A DNA stretch of 64,000 nt from Gammaproteobacteria bacterium. GTDB lineage: Bacteria; Pseudomonadota; Gammaproteobacteria; Eutrophobiales; Eutrophobiaceae. Every line of letters begins with the position of its first letter. Positions within the stretch are counted from its first letter, which is position 1. The stretch lies in the NCBI GenBank assembly GCA_965116495.1, contig OZ220696.1, forward strand, positions 1,376,001 to 1,440,000. Direction: 5' to 3'. Positions 8,626 through 18,076 of this stretch are shown in pieces. The notes under the pieces were generated by a model. It had not been told where the DNA came from. It saw nothing but the letters and a program-made list of their open reading frames with translations, and ran no database searches. Made by a program: the position numbers and the translations under genes.

Positions 8626-11600
8626 ATTCGGGCTTAACCATTCCCTGAACTGCAAGGTCAGTGACAGCAGCGTCGGCATGAAGGTCAGCGTGATCAGCGT
8701 CGAGAACAACAGGCCGAACATCACGATAGCGCCCAGGCCGCGGTATAACTCCGTCCCCGCGCCGGGGTTGCACACCAGCGGTGACAATCCGAATATGGTC
8801 GTGATGCTGGATATCATGACCGGCCGCAGCCGGGCGCGGGTGCTCTCCAGCACCGCTTCAATCGACGCCATCCCCCGGGTCTTGATGTTGCGCATGGTGC
8901 GGTCGATGATCAGGATCGGGTTATTCACCACCGTGCCGATCAGGATCAGGAAGCCCAGCATGGTGATCACGTCAAAGGACTGGTATATATCGGTCAACCC
9001 CAGCAGCGACAGGTTGCCGCCTACGGCATTCAGCAACCACAGGCCGAACAACCCCCCGCCAATGCCGATGGGGACGGTCGTCATCACCAGCAACGGATAG
9101 CCCCAGTGGGAAAAGATGGCTACCAGCAACAGGTAGGCAATGAATACCGCTACAATAAAGTTTCCCTTCAAGGCAGCGCGGGTCGACTTGAGCAGGTCAC
9201 TGGCCCCGGTGATGCCCATGCTGATATCGTCTCCTATCTCTCCTGTTTCCCTCAACTCGTCGATAATGCCGCGCCGGACCATGTCGACGCCCTGCTCCAG
9301 CGGAATGTCACGCGGCGGGATAATGCCCAGGGTGATGGTCCTTGCTCCATCCACCCTGCGGATGGTCTCGGTGTTCACGGTCTGCCGGACCTCGGCCATT
9401 GCGCTCAGCGGCACCATCCCGCCCTCGGGGGAATACAGCATGATGTTGTCTACGTCCTCCGGCCGCTGGATGGTGCCGTGGGTGGAATACAGGAACATGT
9501 CGATCTTCTCATCACCCAGGAAAAACTCATCCACGAACGCCCCGTCGGAAAAGGCCCAGATGGTGTAGCCCAGGTCGCCGACATCAAGACCCAGTTCGCT
9601 GGCGCGCTCCCAGTCCGGACGGATCTCCACCAGGGGCTGGCCCATAGCCAGGCTGGAAGGCTGCGGACGGATCTGCGGGTTGACAAACACGGACTGGGCC
9701 TTGACGAAGGCCTTATGGCCCGCATCGAACAGGGACACCAGGTCGGCGCCGCTCAACTCCAGGTTGATGCTCCTGGAACCGCCCCAGTTGCTGGAGAAAA
9801 TGGAACCCCGGGAAGCAAACGAATGGATGCCCGGGATCTCCCGGATCTTCTCCACGACAATTTCCAGCAGATCGTTGACCTGCCCCGGAGACGTAGTCTC
9901 CAGGATAACCATGTTACGCGCGGCGGCGACATAGCCGACCACGTAATTCAGACCCGGCAGGTCGGATTCCCCGCTTGCGTATTTGTCCGGGTCTTGGCCG
10001 ATGTACGGCACCAGGAAATCATCCATGTCCTTGTAAATAGCCTGCATCTCATCGATGTTGTAACCGGGCGGCGCAAACATCTGGACGAATATCTTCTGCT
10101 CCTCTCCCTCCGGCAGGTACTCCGCCTTGGGGATGGAAGCAAAAATCAGTACGGTAATACAACCCACTGCGGCCACCAGGGCCAGGCGCCGTGAAATCTT
10201 CCCCATCAACCAGTGCACGAAGCGGATAAGCATCCCGCCAACTCGTTGGCCTGCAGCATACAGTCCGGTCGCGCCGGACGGTTCAGCGCCCTTCAGTGAC
10301 AGGAACCGGCTGCACAGGGCCGGCACCACCAGGGTCGCAACCGCCAGGGACATCAGTATGGAGGCGGAGATGGCAACGGCAATATCCGAATACAACTGGC
10401 CTGCCTCCTGCTTGATGAAGACGATCGGGATAAACACGAACACCGTCGTCAGCGTGGACGCCAGCAACGCCGGCCAGACCTCGGACACGCCGTCCAGCGC
10501 GGCGCGCCGGCGTTGCTTGCCTGCTGCCATGTGCCGGTAGATGTTCTCCAGTACGACAATGCTGTTGTCCAGGGTCATACCGATGGCAAAGGCAACCCCG
10601 GCCAGCGAGATCACGTTGATGGTCCGCCCGCTGACAAGCAGGCCCAGGAAGGCCGCAAGGGTACAGATGGGGATGCCCATAGCGCCGATGAAGGTAGCGG
10701 AAGGGGTTCTGAGGAACAGGAACAGGACGAGGACGACCAGCAAGGCGCCGATAAACAGGTTCTTGCGCACATTGACCACGGAGTCAGCGACGTATTTCAC
10801 GTCATCGGTGTTGAGCACCATGTGCAAACCCCGCTCTTTCAGCAGGCCGTTGTTCAGCTCTTCGACTTTTTGTTCGACCCTGTCCTTGACTTCCACCACG
10901 TTGGAGCCGATTTGCCGGCGCACTGCCAGGCTGATGTTGGGTATTCCCCGTCCATAGGAATAGGACTTGATTTCAAAGGTAGACAATTCCGCATAACCCA
11001 GGTCGCGCAAACGGATAAAGGCGCCGTCGCGCTGGGTGATTACCATGTCTTCGATGTCTTGCGTGGATGCAAAACGGCCCACCGTCCTTAGCAGGTAGCG
11101 GCGTTTGCCGCTGTCAAGGTCGCCGCCGGACACGTCCCGGTTACGCGCGCGTATGGCGTTGCGCACTTCCGACAACGTGATGCGGCGCTCGGCCAGTTTC
11201 ACGGGATCCACATAGATCTTGATCTGGCGCTCCGCCCCACCCCACATGCGGACCTCCGACACGCCCGGCACCCGTTCTATCTGCACGCGCACGTTATCCT
11301 CCAGAAAATCGTGCATTTCCACCATGTTGACGTCCTGCGGATTACCCGGCAGGGGCCGGGTCAGGTAAAACAGGAAGGGATTATTGGAGACGGTACTCGT
11401 AACAAGCCGGGGCTCATCGACATTTTCCGGGTAGCCGGGGACCTGGGTCAAGGCGTTGTTCACCCGGATCAGGACCTCGTTGACATCGACCCCATAGGAA
11501 AATTCCAGTTCAATATCACCGCGGCCGGTAAGAGCCCGTGAGATCATACGCTCAAGACCGGGGACCCGGCGCAGGTACTCTTCCTGCTCGATGATAATCT

Positions 11601-11778
11601 CCTTTTCCACGTCCTGGGGCGTGGCGCCGGGCCATATGGTAATGACGGTCACTACCCGGACGTCCAGGTCCGGGATCATCTGGATAGGCACGCGGAAAAT
11701 GGCCAGGACGCCGAACAGGCAGATGATCAATACCGCCACTGCGATAATCAGGGGCTTCTCGAGGGCAAACCGGAACAT
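8602..11778 (-). CDS. RND efflux permease, copy 1 (close paralog of 5247..8432)
   Basis: 1058 aa, colinear with and highly similar to the adjacent RND. Confidence 0.95.
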   Translation of the reverse strand: MFRFALEKPLIIAVAVLIICLFGVLAIFRVPIQMIPDLDVRVVTVITIWPGATPQDVEKEIIIEQEEYLRRVPGLERMISRALTGRGDIELEFSYGVDVNEVLIRVNNALTQVPGYPENVDEPRLVTSTVSNNPFLFYLTRPLPGNPQDVNMVEMHDFLEDNVRVQIERVPGVSEVRMWGGAERQIKIYVDPVKLAERRITLSEVRNAIRARNRDVSGGDLDSGKRRYLLRTVGRFASTQDIEDMVITQRDGAFIRLRDLGYAELSTFEIKSYSYGRGIPNISLAVRRQIGSNVVEVKDRVEQKVEELNNGLLKERGLHMVLNTDDVKYVADSVVNVRKNLFIGALLVVLVLFLFLRTPSATFIGAMGIPICTLAAFLGLLVSGRTINVISLAGVAFAIGMTLDNSIVVLENIYRHMAAGKQRRRAALDGVSEVWPALLASTLTTVFVFIPIVFIKQEAGQLYSDIAVAISASILMSLAVATLVVPALCSRFLSLKGAEPSGATGLYAAGQRVGGMLIRFVHWLMGKISRRLALVAAVGCITVLIFASIPKAEYLPEGEEQKIFVQMFAPPGYNIDEMQAIYKDMDDFLVPYIGQDPDKYASGESDLPGLNYVVGYVAAARNMVILETTSPGQVNDLLEIVVEKIREIPGIHSFASRGSIFSSNWGGSRSINLELSGADLVSLFDAGHKAFVKAQSVFVNPQIRPQPSSLAMGQPLVEIRPDWERASELGLDVGDLGYTIWAFSDGAFVDEFFLGDEKIDMFLYSTHGTIQRPEDVDNIMLYSPEGGMVPLSAMAEVRQTVNTETIRRVDGARTITLGIIPPRDIPLEQGVDMVRRGIIDELRETGEIGDDISMGITGASDLLKSTRAALKGNFIVAVFIAYLLLVAIFSHWGYPLLVMTTVPIGIGGGLFGLWLLNAVGGNLSLLGLTDIYQSFDVITMLGFLILIGTVVNNPILIIDRTMRNIKTRGMASIEAVLESTRARLRPVMISSITTIFGLSPLVCNPGAGTELYRGLGAIVMFGLLFSTLITLTFMPTLLSLTLQFREWLSPNSSADYAD

Positions 11779-11786
11779 GTTCTTGA

Positions 11787-11931
11787 ATTATCCGCAGATT
11801 ACGCAGATGAACGCAGATAAAAAAGAAAGATTTTACACATGGACTACAGGAAATATCATGTTAAAACCACTGCCCACACCAGAAAATAATATATTCATCC
11901 GCACTAATCTGCGCCTGTGCTGCGGATAAAT
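11787..11931. repeat. Family B inverted-repeat element upstream of RND copy 1
   Basis: 11764..11872 is identical to 8418..8526; the right arm is more degenerate. Confidence 0.88.
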
Positions 11932-11955
11932 TATTTGCGGAAGCGGTACATGCGT

Positions 11956-13116
11956 TCATAAATTCAGCCGGAGTTCTTCCTTGATCTCGACGATCTGGCC
12001 CGGACGCAGGATTTCATTACCGCGTACGACCACCCGGTCGCCTGCCTGCACGTCGCCGGCGATAATTTCAATATTCTCCCGGTAGGTGCGACCCGTCCTT
12101 ACCTGGATCTGTCCGGCTCGTAAACCACCCCCGCCCTGCTCTAATACCCAAACGGATTGGCTGCCGTCCGGTTTCCTGATAACGGCATCCTGCGGCAGTA
12201 ACAGTACCTGTTGGCCGGCGGCCTGGGTAAGTTGAAAAATTACCCGGGCCGACATTCCCGGCGCGAGCAGGCGCTCGCTGTTGTCCAGGTCTATCCTCAC
12301 CGGAAAGGTTCTGCCCGCTTCGCTGCTCATCGGGACTTTCATGGTGACAACGGCAATGAAGTCCCGGTCCGGATAAGCATCAAAAGTAAGCCTGACCGGG
12401 GTACCAAGCTGCACGTCATTGAAATAAAACTGCGGAACCGGCACATCCACCCGCAGCAAGCCAATCTCGGCCAATTCAAACAGGGGAGTATCGATCCTGA
12501 CCCATTCGCCTTTTTCAACCATTTTCCCCGTAATGACCCCGTCGAAAGGCGCCTTTATCATATGCTGCCTGACAATCTCATCGCGTCGATGCAATTCTTC
12601 CTTCAAGCGTTCCAGCGCTGCCGTGGCTATTTCGACCGAAGCCAGGGCGGCTTCGTAACGGGTCGCCGGAATATGCTTCTTTTCTACCAGCTCTGCCGCT
12701 TCATTCTTTTGCCGGACGGCCTCTTTCAATCTCGCCTGCGCCTCATTGACCTGTGCGAAGGCGCCGGCCCGGTCAATTTCCGCGATGACCTTATCCAGTT
12801 CCAGCAGTGCATCACCCTGCTTGACTTCATCCCCCTCATCCACGTACAGCTTTGCGGCCAAACCGGCCACTTCCGGAGAGAGTCTGGACAAGCGCCGCGT
12901 CGTCGCGCTGCCGGTCAACGGCAACTCTTCGTAGACCGGTGCGATTGCCGCCTTCACGATTTTCACCGGGATGGTCTTTTCTGACTGTGCGTAAACGAAG
13001 TTCGCCGCGAGCAACAGGCAAAATAAACAGCAGCGGAGACCGTAATGCTCCATAGGCGGGTTAGAACACGCCCTCCCCTTTATTGTTCTATTGTTAACCA
13101 AGCAGCTTCGCCTCAT
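11956..13116 (-). CDS. RND periplasmic adaptor (MFP); true start possibly 13053
   Basis: LYVDEGDEVKQGDALLELD, IKAPFDGVI and LAPGMSARV motifs; hydrophobic N-terminus. Confidence 0.93.
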   Translation of the reverse strand: MRRSCLVNNRTIKGRACSNPPMEHYGLRCCLFCLLLAANFVYAQSEKTIPVKIVKAAIAPVYEELPLTGSATTRRLSRLSPEVAGLAAKLYVDEGDEVKQGDALLELDKVIAEIDRAGAFAQVNEAQARLKEAVRQKNEAAELVEKKHIPATRYEAALASVEIATAALERLKEELHRRDEIVRQHMIKAPFDGVITGKMVEKGEWVRIDTPLFELAEIGLLRVDVPVPQFYFNDVQLGTPVRLTFDAYPDRDFIAVVTMKVPMSSEAGRTFPVRIDLDNSERLLAPGMSARVIFQLTQAAGQQVLLLPQDAVIRKPDGSQSVWVLEQGGGGLRAGQIQVRTGRTYRENIEIIAGDVQAGDRVVVRGNEILRPGQIVEIKEELRLNL

Positions 13117-13705
13117 TCATCATCTTTACCAGTTCACGCATAGCCTGTCCCCTGTGACTGATACTGTTTTTAACTTCCGACGGCAATTGTGCTGACGTGC
13201 AGGCATGGGTTGGCACATAGAATACCGGATCATACCCAAATCCGTTGTTCCCCGCGGGTTTATCGACGATATGCCCTTCCCACACGCCGTGCGCGACCAG
13301 GGGTTCCGGGTCGCCGGCGTTGCGTACATACGCCATGACACAGCGAAACCGGGCCGCCGGTTCCCGCGCCCCCGCAGTGGCGATATTGCGCAGCAATAAT
13401 TGCAGGTTGTCACTGTCCGAGGCGCCTGCACCGGCGTAGCGCGCCGAGTATATCCCCGGTTCACCGTTCAGGACGTCCACTTCAATGCCGGAATCATCAG
13501 CGATAACCGGACGCCGGGTACGTGCCGCCGCATGGCGGGCCTTGAGCAAGGCGTTTTCTTCAAAACCGGCGCCGGTTTCCTCGACGGCAGGCACTGCAAA
13601 AGCCGATTGCGGCAATACCCTGATTTGATGGGCGGAAAACAACTGGGAAAATTCCCGCAGTTTACCCGGATTGCCGCTGGCCAGTACGATTTCCCTGCTG
13701 TTCAT
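13094..13705 (-). CDS. rdgB: dITP/XTP pyrophosphatase (Ham1 family)
   Basis: LASGNPGKLREF, ADDSGIEVD, GFGYDPVF, KNSISHRGQA. Confidence 0.97.
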   Translation of the reverse strand: MNSREIVLASGNPGKLREFSQLFSAHQIRVLPQSAFAVPAVEETGAGFEENALLKARHAAARTRRPVIADDSGIEVDVLNGEPGIYSARYAGAGASDSDNLQLLLRNIATAGAREPAARFRCVMAYVRNAGDPEPLVAHGVWEGHIVDKPAGNNGFGYDPVFYVPTHACTSAQLPSEVKNSISHRGQAMRELVKMMNEAKLLG

Positions 13706-13729
13706 GATATTTGCTATCTAACTTTTTGG

Positions 13730-13862
13730 GGGACAGAATTAATTCTGTCCCTGACCTGAGTTACATGTCGGGGACGGATTTATACCTCAGCATATTTCTC
13801 CGGGGACGGATTTGAAATCCGTCCCCTGATAGCAACGGCATGCCGGGGATTCCAAATCCCCC
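13730..13862. repeat. Cluster of short palindromes (family C: GGGACAGAATTAATTCTGTCCC; GGGGACGGATTTGAAATCCGTCCCC; GGGGATTCCAAATCCCC)
   Basis: Perfect 22-bp palindrome at 13730..13751, 12-bp-arm palindrome at 13802..13826, half copy at 13770..13781. Confidence 0.85.
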
Positions 13863-13865
13863 TCG

Positions 13866-14585
13866 TTATTCAGCGTCAAGCGCCGCTGTCTGGATAGTGA
13901 ACAAGCGCTCAATACCTTTCCTGGCCAATGCCAGCAACTGCTCCAGCTCGGCGAACGTGAACGGGTGCCCCTCCGCGGTACCCTGGATTTCTATTAACTC
14001 AGCGCGGTCGTTCATGACGACGTTCATATCTGTTTCGGCAGTGGAGTCCTCGGCATAGTCCAGGTCAAGCAACGGTACGCCGGCACAGATACCAACCGAA
14101 ATGGATGCAACTGCGCCAATGATCGGATTTGTCTTGATGGCTCCTTGTTCCAGTACCTTGTGGACGGCATCCACCAGCGCCACGTAAGCACCGGTAATCG
14201 AGGCAGTGCGAGTGCCGCCATCAGCCTGGATAACATCACAATCGACGATAATGGTATTCTCGCCCAGTGCGTTTAAATCCACCACGGCCCGCAGGGAGCG
14301 TCCGATCAATCTCTGGATCTCGTGAGTACGCCCGCTCTGTTTGTTCTGGCCCGCTTCACGACGCATCCGTTTATCCGTGGACCGGGGCAACATGCCATAT
14401 TCGGCGGTAACCCACCCTCTACCCTCACCCTTCAAAAAGCGAGGCACAGAATCATCAAAAGAGGCATTGCAAATAACCCGGGTCTGACCAAACTCAACCA
14501 GCACCGATCCCTCGGCATGACGCGTGTAGGCCCTGGTCAGGCGTACTTCCCTCATTTCATCACGGGCACGGCCACTCGGGCGCAT
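13866..14585 (-). CDS. rph: Ribonuclease PH
   Basis: [44 protein letters not shown]. Confidence 0.98.
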   Translation of the reverse strand: MRPSGRARDEMREVRLTRAYTRHAEGSVLVEFGQTRVICNASFDDSVPRFLKGEGRGWVTAEYGMLPRSTDKRMRREAGQNKQSGRTHEIQRLIGRSLRAVVDLNALGENTIIVDCDVIQADGGTRTASITGAYVALVDAVHKVLEQGAIKTNPIIGAVASISVGICAGVPLLDLDYAEDSTAETDMNVVMNDRAELIEIQGTAEGHPFTFAELEQLLALARKGIERLFTIQTAALDAE

Positions 14586-14795
14586 GGTCACTCTCCTCAC
14601 AGACAGGCAGTTGGACGGAACTTACAGGTTGCCCCCATTATAACCGGATCATCCCAAAACAAACTCCCGGATTTTCCGCTCGAAATTACATCAGGTTTGA
14701 AAAACTGTTCCCGAATTTACCGTAAGTTAGGTAAACTGTCCCCGGAATTCCTTCAAGTGAACCGCTTCTGGAATAACAACTGACGGAGAAATAGA

Positions 14796-15653
14796 ATGGT
14801 TGCCAGCATGACCGCTTTTGCACGACTCGAAGAATCAGGGGAATGGGGTCATGCCACCTGGGAAATCCGTACGGTCAACCATCGTTACCTGGATATTTCG
14901 ATCCGGCTGCCTGAGGAACTGCGCGCCCTGGAAACCAGTGTGAGGGAGCGTGTCTCCAGAAAGCTCAACCGCGGCAAAGTGGAATGTAACCTGCGCTACG
15001 ATGCGGACTCCACCCTGGATAAAATTGCCGTCAACGCCAGGCTCAGCGAAAAAATCATCCAGGCATCCCGCAGCCTGCCCGTCGATAACCCCGCCCCACT
15101 CAACCCGGTCGATATCCTGCGCTGGCCCGGCGTGATCGAGAAGAACACGCCCGACCTGGAACAAACCGGCGCATGCCTGATCATCCTGCTGGACAAGGCG
15201 CTGCAGGACATTGTCGAGAACCGGCGCCGGGAAGGACAGAAAACGGGCCGGATGATCGAAGACCGTTGCGACCTTGCCCTGCAGCAGGTCATGCAGATGC
15301 GGGCAAAGGTGCCGGAGATCATTGCCGCGCTCAGCGAACGCCATTTGGAACGGATCCGGGAACTCGACATCGAAGTGGATAATGGCCGGCTGGAGCAGGA
15401 GATCGCCTTATTGTCGCAAAAACTGGACGTGGATGAGGAACTGGACCGCCTGGAAACCCATATCAACGAAGTCAGGCGGGTCCTGGCGGAAACCGAACCC
15501 ATGGGCAGGCGTCTTGATTTCCTGATGCAGGAAATGAACCGCGAAGCCAATACCCTGGGATCCAAGTCTTCCCACATCGATACCAGCAACGCATCGATTG
15601 AACTGAAGGTATTGATTGAACAGATGCGCGAGCAGGTCCAGAATATCGAATGA
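14796..15653 (+). CDS. yicC: YicC/YloC family endoribonuclease
   Basis: SMTAFAR, VNHRYLD, GRRLDFLMQEMNREANTLGSKS, EQMREQVQNIE; divergent from rph. Confidence 0.96.
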   Translation: MVASMTAFARLEESGEWGHATWEIRTVNHRYLDISIRLPEELRALETSVRERVSRKLNRGKVECNLRYDADSTLDKIAVNARLSEKIIQASRSLPVDNPAPLNPVDILRWPGVIEKNTPDLEQTGACLIILLDKALQDIVENRRREGQKTGRMIEDRCDLALQQVMQMRAKVPEIIAALSERHLERIRELDIEVDNGRLEQEIALLSQKLDVDEELDRLETHINEVRRVLAETEPMGRRLDFLMQEMNREANTLGSKSSHIDTSNASIELKVLIEQMREQVQNIE

Positions 15654-18064
15654 TGGATAAGCGACATTTGCCATCACTTCGGCAGTATCCATTGTCATTC
15701 CGGCGATACCTGTCATCCAGCGCCCCATGTTCGTCATTCCGGCGAAGCTTGCCCCTGCATGCCGTAAGCAAGGGGCCGGAATCCAGTAAATTAACGTGCC
15801 GCCTCAGGCGGCCGAGTGTCTCACTGGATTCCGGCTTTCGCCAGAATGACGACGGAAGGATATTTTCTGTCTCCAAGTTATTACTTCATTTTCTGTGCCT
15901 GCTGCTCATGTTCGGAGTGACCGGTCACGCGACACAGGCAGGGCAGCCGTTGACCCTGGAAAGCATTTTTACCGGCATCGAATTTGAAAATCACCTACCG
16001 CAAAACATCCAGTGGCATAGCGGTTCCGGGCGGTTCACCTTCACGTTACCCAACCCGGATACCGGTCTGCTTGACATCCACGAGTACGACGTCGCCGCCG
16101 GCTCCTCCCGGGTGATCATTTCCGGGGATGCGCTCCGCTACCGGAACGAACCAATCGGGGCGAGCAGTTGCCGCTGGTCCGCCGACCGGCGCTACCTGCT
16201 GCTGGCAGGCCCGGTCAGGGTTACCTGGGACGGCAGGAACGAAGCGGCTTATTACATCTACGAAGCGGACAGTGGAGAGCTCCGGTCGCTGGCCGAAAAC
16301 AACCCGCGCCTGCTCAACGTGCAGATCTCGCCGGACGGCGCGCGCGTGGGTTACGTGCTGGACAATAATATTTACGTGACGGAATTTGGCGATCGGACCA
16401 CCCGCGCGATCACGACGGACGGCGATGCTGATATCTTCAACGGCTATTTTGACTACGGCAGCAGGATGTTCGGCGCCGGGGAGGCCTGGTCGTGGTCGCC
16501 GGACGGGAAGAAGATTGCGTTCTGGAGGATGGATGTCACCGGCGTAAAAGTATTCTACATGGTGGATGAACTGGGTAAGTACAACACCGTCCGCCCGCTG
16601 AAATACCCGAATACCGGCGAGCGTCTCGCAACCACCCGGATAGGCGTGTTCGACCTTGAACGCGGCCGGACAGTCTGGATGGAGACCGGCGGCAACCCCG
16701 ATGATTATATCCCCAGGATCAACTGGACGAACTCATCCGGCCGGCTTGCCATCCAGAGTCAGGCCAGAGACCACGATGAGCTTGTCCTGCTGCTTGCCGA
16801 TACCGCCACCGGCAAAACCGGAGCCATTATCAGGGATACCGATCCCGCCTGGGTGGAGGTCACGAATGACCTGCTGGTTTTCAAGGACCGGGAACGCTTC
16901 GTGTGGACCTCGGAAAAAAGCGGGTATCGCCATGCCTACCTGTACGACTACGAGGGAAACGAGGCGCAGTTGACCGGCGGAGATTGGGAAATCTCCTCGC
17001 TCATCACCCTCGATGAAAGCGCGGGCTGGCTGTACTTCTATGCAAAGAAGGATTCATTCATTGATCAACATGTGTACAGGGTGAAGCTCGACGGTTCGAA
17101 GCTCGAAAGGCTGACGCACAGGCCGGGCTGGCACGAGTGGCAGTTTTCGCCGGACCGGCGCTTGGTGATCGAGACCTGGTCGAATGCCGACACCCCGCCC
17201 GGCATGACCCTGCGCAAGGCGAATGGGGAGGAAATCGGTGCACTCGAAGCAGGCAATCCGGCGGCACTGGACAAGTATGCCATACCCCGCGCGGAATTCA
17301 TCAAGGTGGAAACCGGTGACGGCATCCTGGTCGATGCCTACATGATCAAGCCGCCGGATTTTGATCCGGGTAAAAAATACCCCGTCATAGGTCACGGCTA
17401 CGGCAACGCCGGTTCGCAGGTGGTGGTCAACAGGTGGGTGACGTCTCCGTGGCAGCGTAATACGAAGCAGGATCTCTGGCACCGCTACATGGCCGGACAG
17501 GGTTATATCATCTTCACTATGGACAACCGCACTACCGCCGGGAGAGGCAAGGCGGCCAAGAACCTGACCTACGGGCAGTACGGAAAATACGCCGTCCTCG
17601 ACTACCTGGAAGGCGTCAACTACCTGAAATCATTGCCTTACATTGACGCTGACAGGCTCGGCTTCTGGGGCTGGAGCGGCGGTGGTTACCTGGCGGCCGC
17701 GCTGATGACCAAGGGCGCGCCGCATTTCAGGACCGCGGTCAGTATCGCACCGGTCATCGACCTGAACCGCTACCAGGCCTACGGTGTGGAACGCTGGATG
17801 GATTCTCTTGAAAACAATCCGCAGGGTTATTTTGAAGTCAACCTGATGAATTTCGCAGACAGGCTGCAGGGCAACCTGCTGCTGATCCACGGCAGCGGCG
17901 ATGAAAACGTCAAGTATGGATTCACGTTACAACTCGCAGATGCCCTGATCGCCCACAGCAAACAGTTCGACATGATGATCTACCCTAACCAACGCCACGA
18001 CCTGGACGACGTGCGCCTGCACTTGTTTACCAGGATGAGCAATTATTTTCGGGAGAAGCTGTAA
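15650..18064 (+). CDS. Dipeptidyl peptidase IV (S9B family), secreted; start uncertain because a repeat occupies the N-terminus
   Basis: WSPDGKKIAF propeller motif, GWSGGG nucleophile elbow, LLIHGSGDENV, YPNQRH. Confidence 0.92.
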   Translation: MMDKRHLPSLRQYPLSFRRYLSSSAPCSSFRRSLPLHAVSKGPESSKLTCRLRRPSVSLDSGFRQNDDGRIFSVSKLLLHFLCLLLMFGVTGHATQAGQPLTLESIFTGIEFENHLPQNIQWHSGSGRFTFTLPNPDTGLLDIHEYDVAAGSSRVIISGDALRYRNEPIGASSCRWSADRRYLLLAGPVRVTWDGRNEAAYYIYEADSGELRSLAENNPRLLNVQISPDGARVGYVLDNNIYVTEFGDRTTRAITTDGDADIFNGYFDYGSRMFGAGEAWSWSPDGKKIAFWRMDVTGVKVFYMVDELGKYNTVRPLKYPNTGERLATTRIGVFDLERGRTVWMETGGNPDDYIPRINWTNSSGRLAIQSQARDHDELVLLLADTATGKTGAIIRDTDPAWVEVTNDLLVFKDRERFVWTSEKSGYRHAYLYDYEGNEAQLTGGDWEISSLITLDESAGWLYFYAKKDSFIDQHVYRVKLDGSKLERLTHRPGWHEWQFSPDRRLVIETWSNADTPPGMTLRKANGEEIGALEAGNPAALDKYAIPRAEFIKVETGDGILVDAYMIKPPDFDPGKKYPVIGHGYGNAGSQVVVNRWVTSPWQRNTKQDLWHRYMAGQGYIIFTMDNRTTAGRGKAAKNLTYGQYGKYAVLDYLEGVNYLKSLPYIDADRLGFWGWSGGGYLAAALMTKGAPHFRTAVSIAPVIDLNRYQAYGVERWMDSLENNPQGYFEVNLMNFADRLQGNLLLIHGSGDENVKYGFTLQLADALIAHSKQFDMMIYPNQRHDLDDVRLHLFTRMSNYFREKL
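15732..15851. repeat. Family A palindromic element (120 bp) with a nested hairpin in the left arm
   Basis: CGTCATTCCGGCGAAGC[TTGCCCCTGCATGCCGTAAGCAAGGGG]CCGGAATCCAG...CTGGATTCCGGCTTTCGCCAGAATGACG. Confidence 0.9.
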
Positions 18065-18076
18065 GCACAGACAGCA

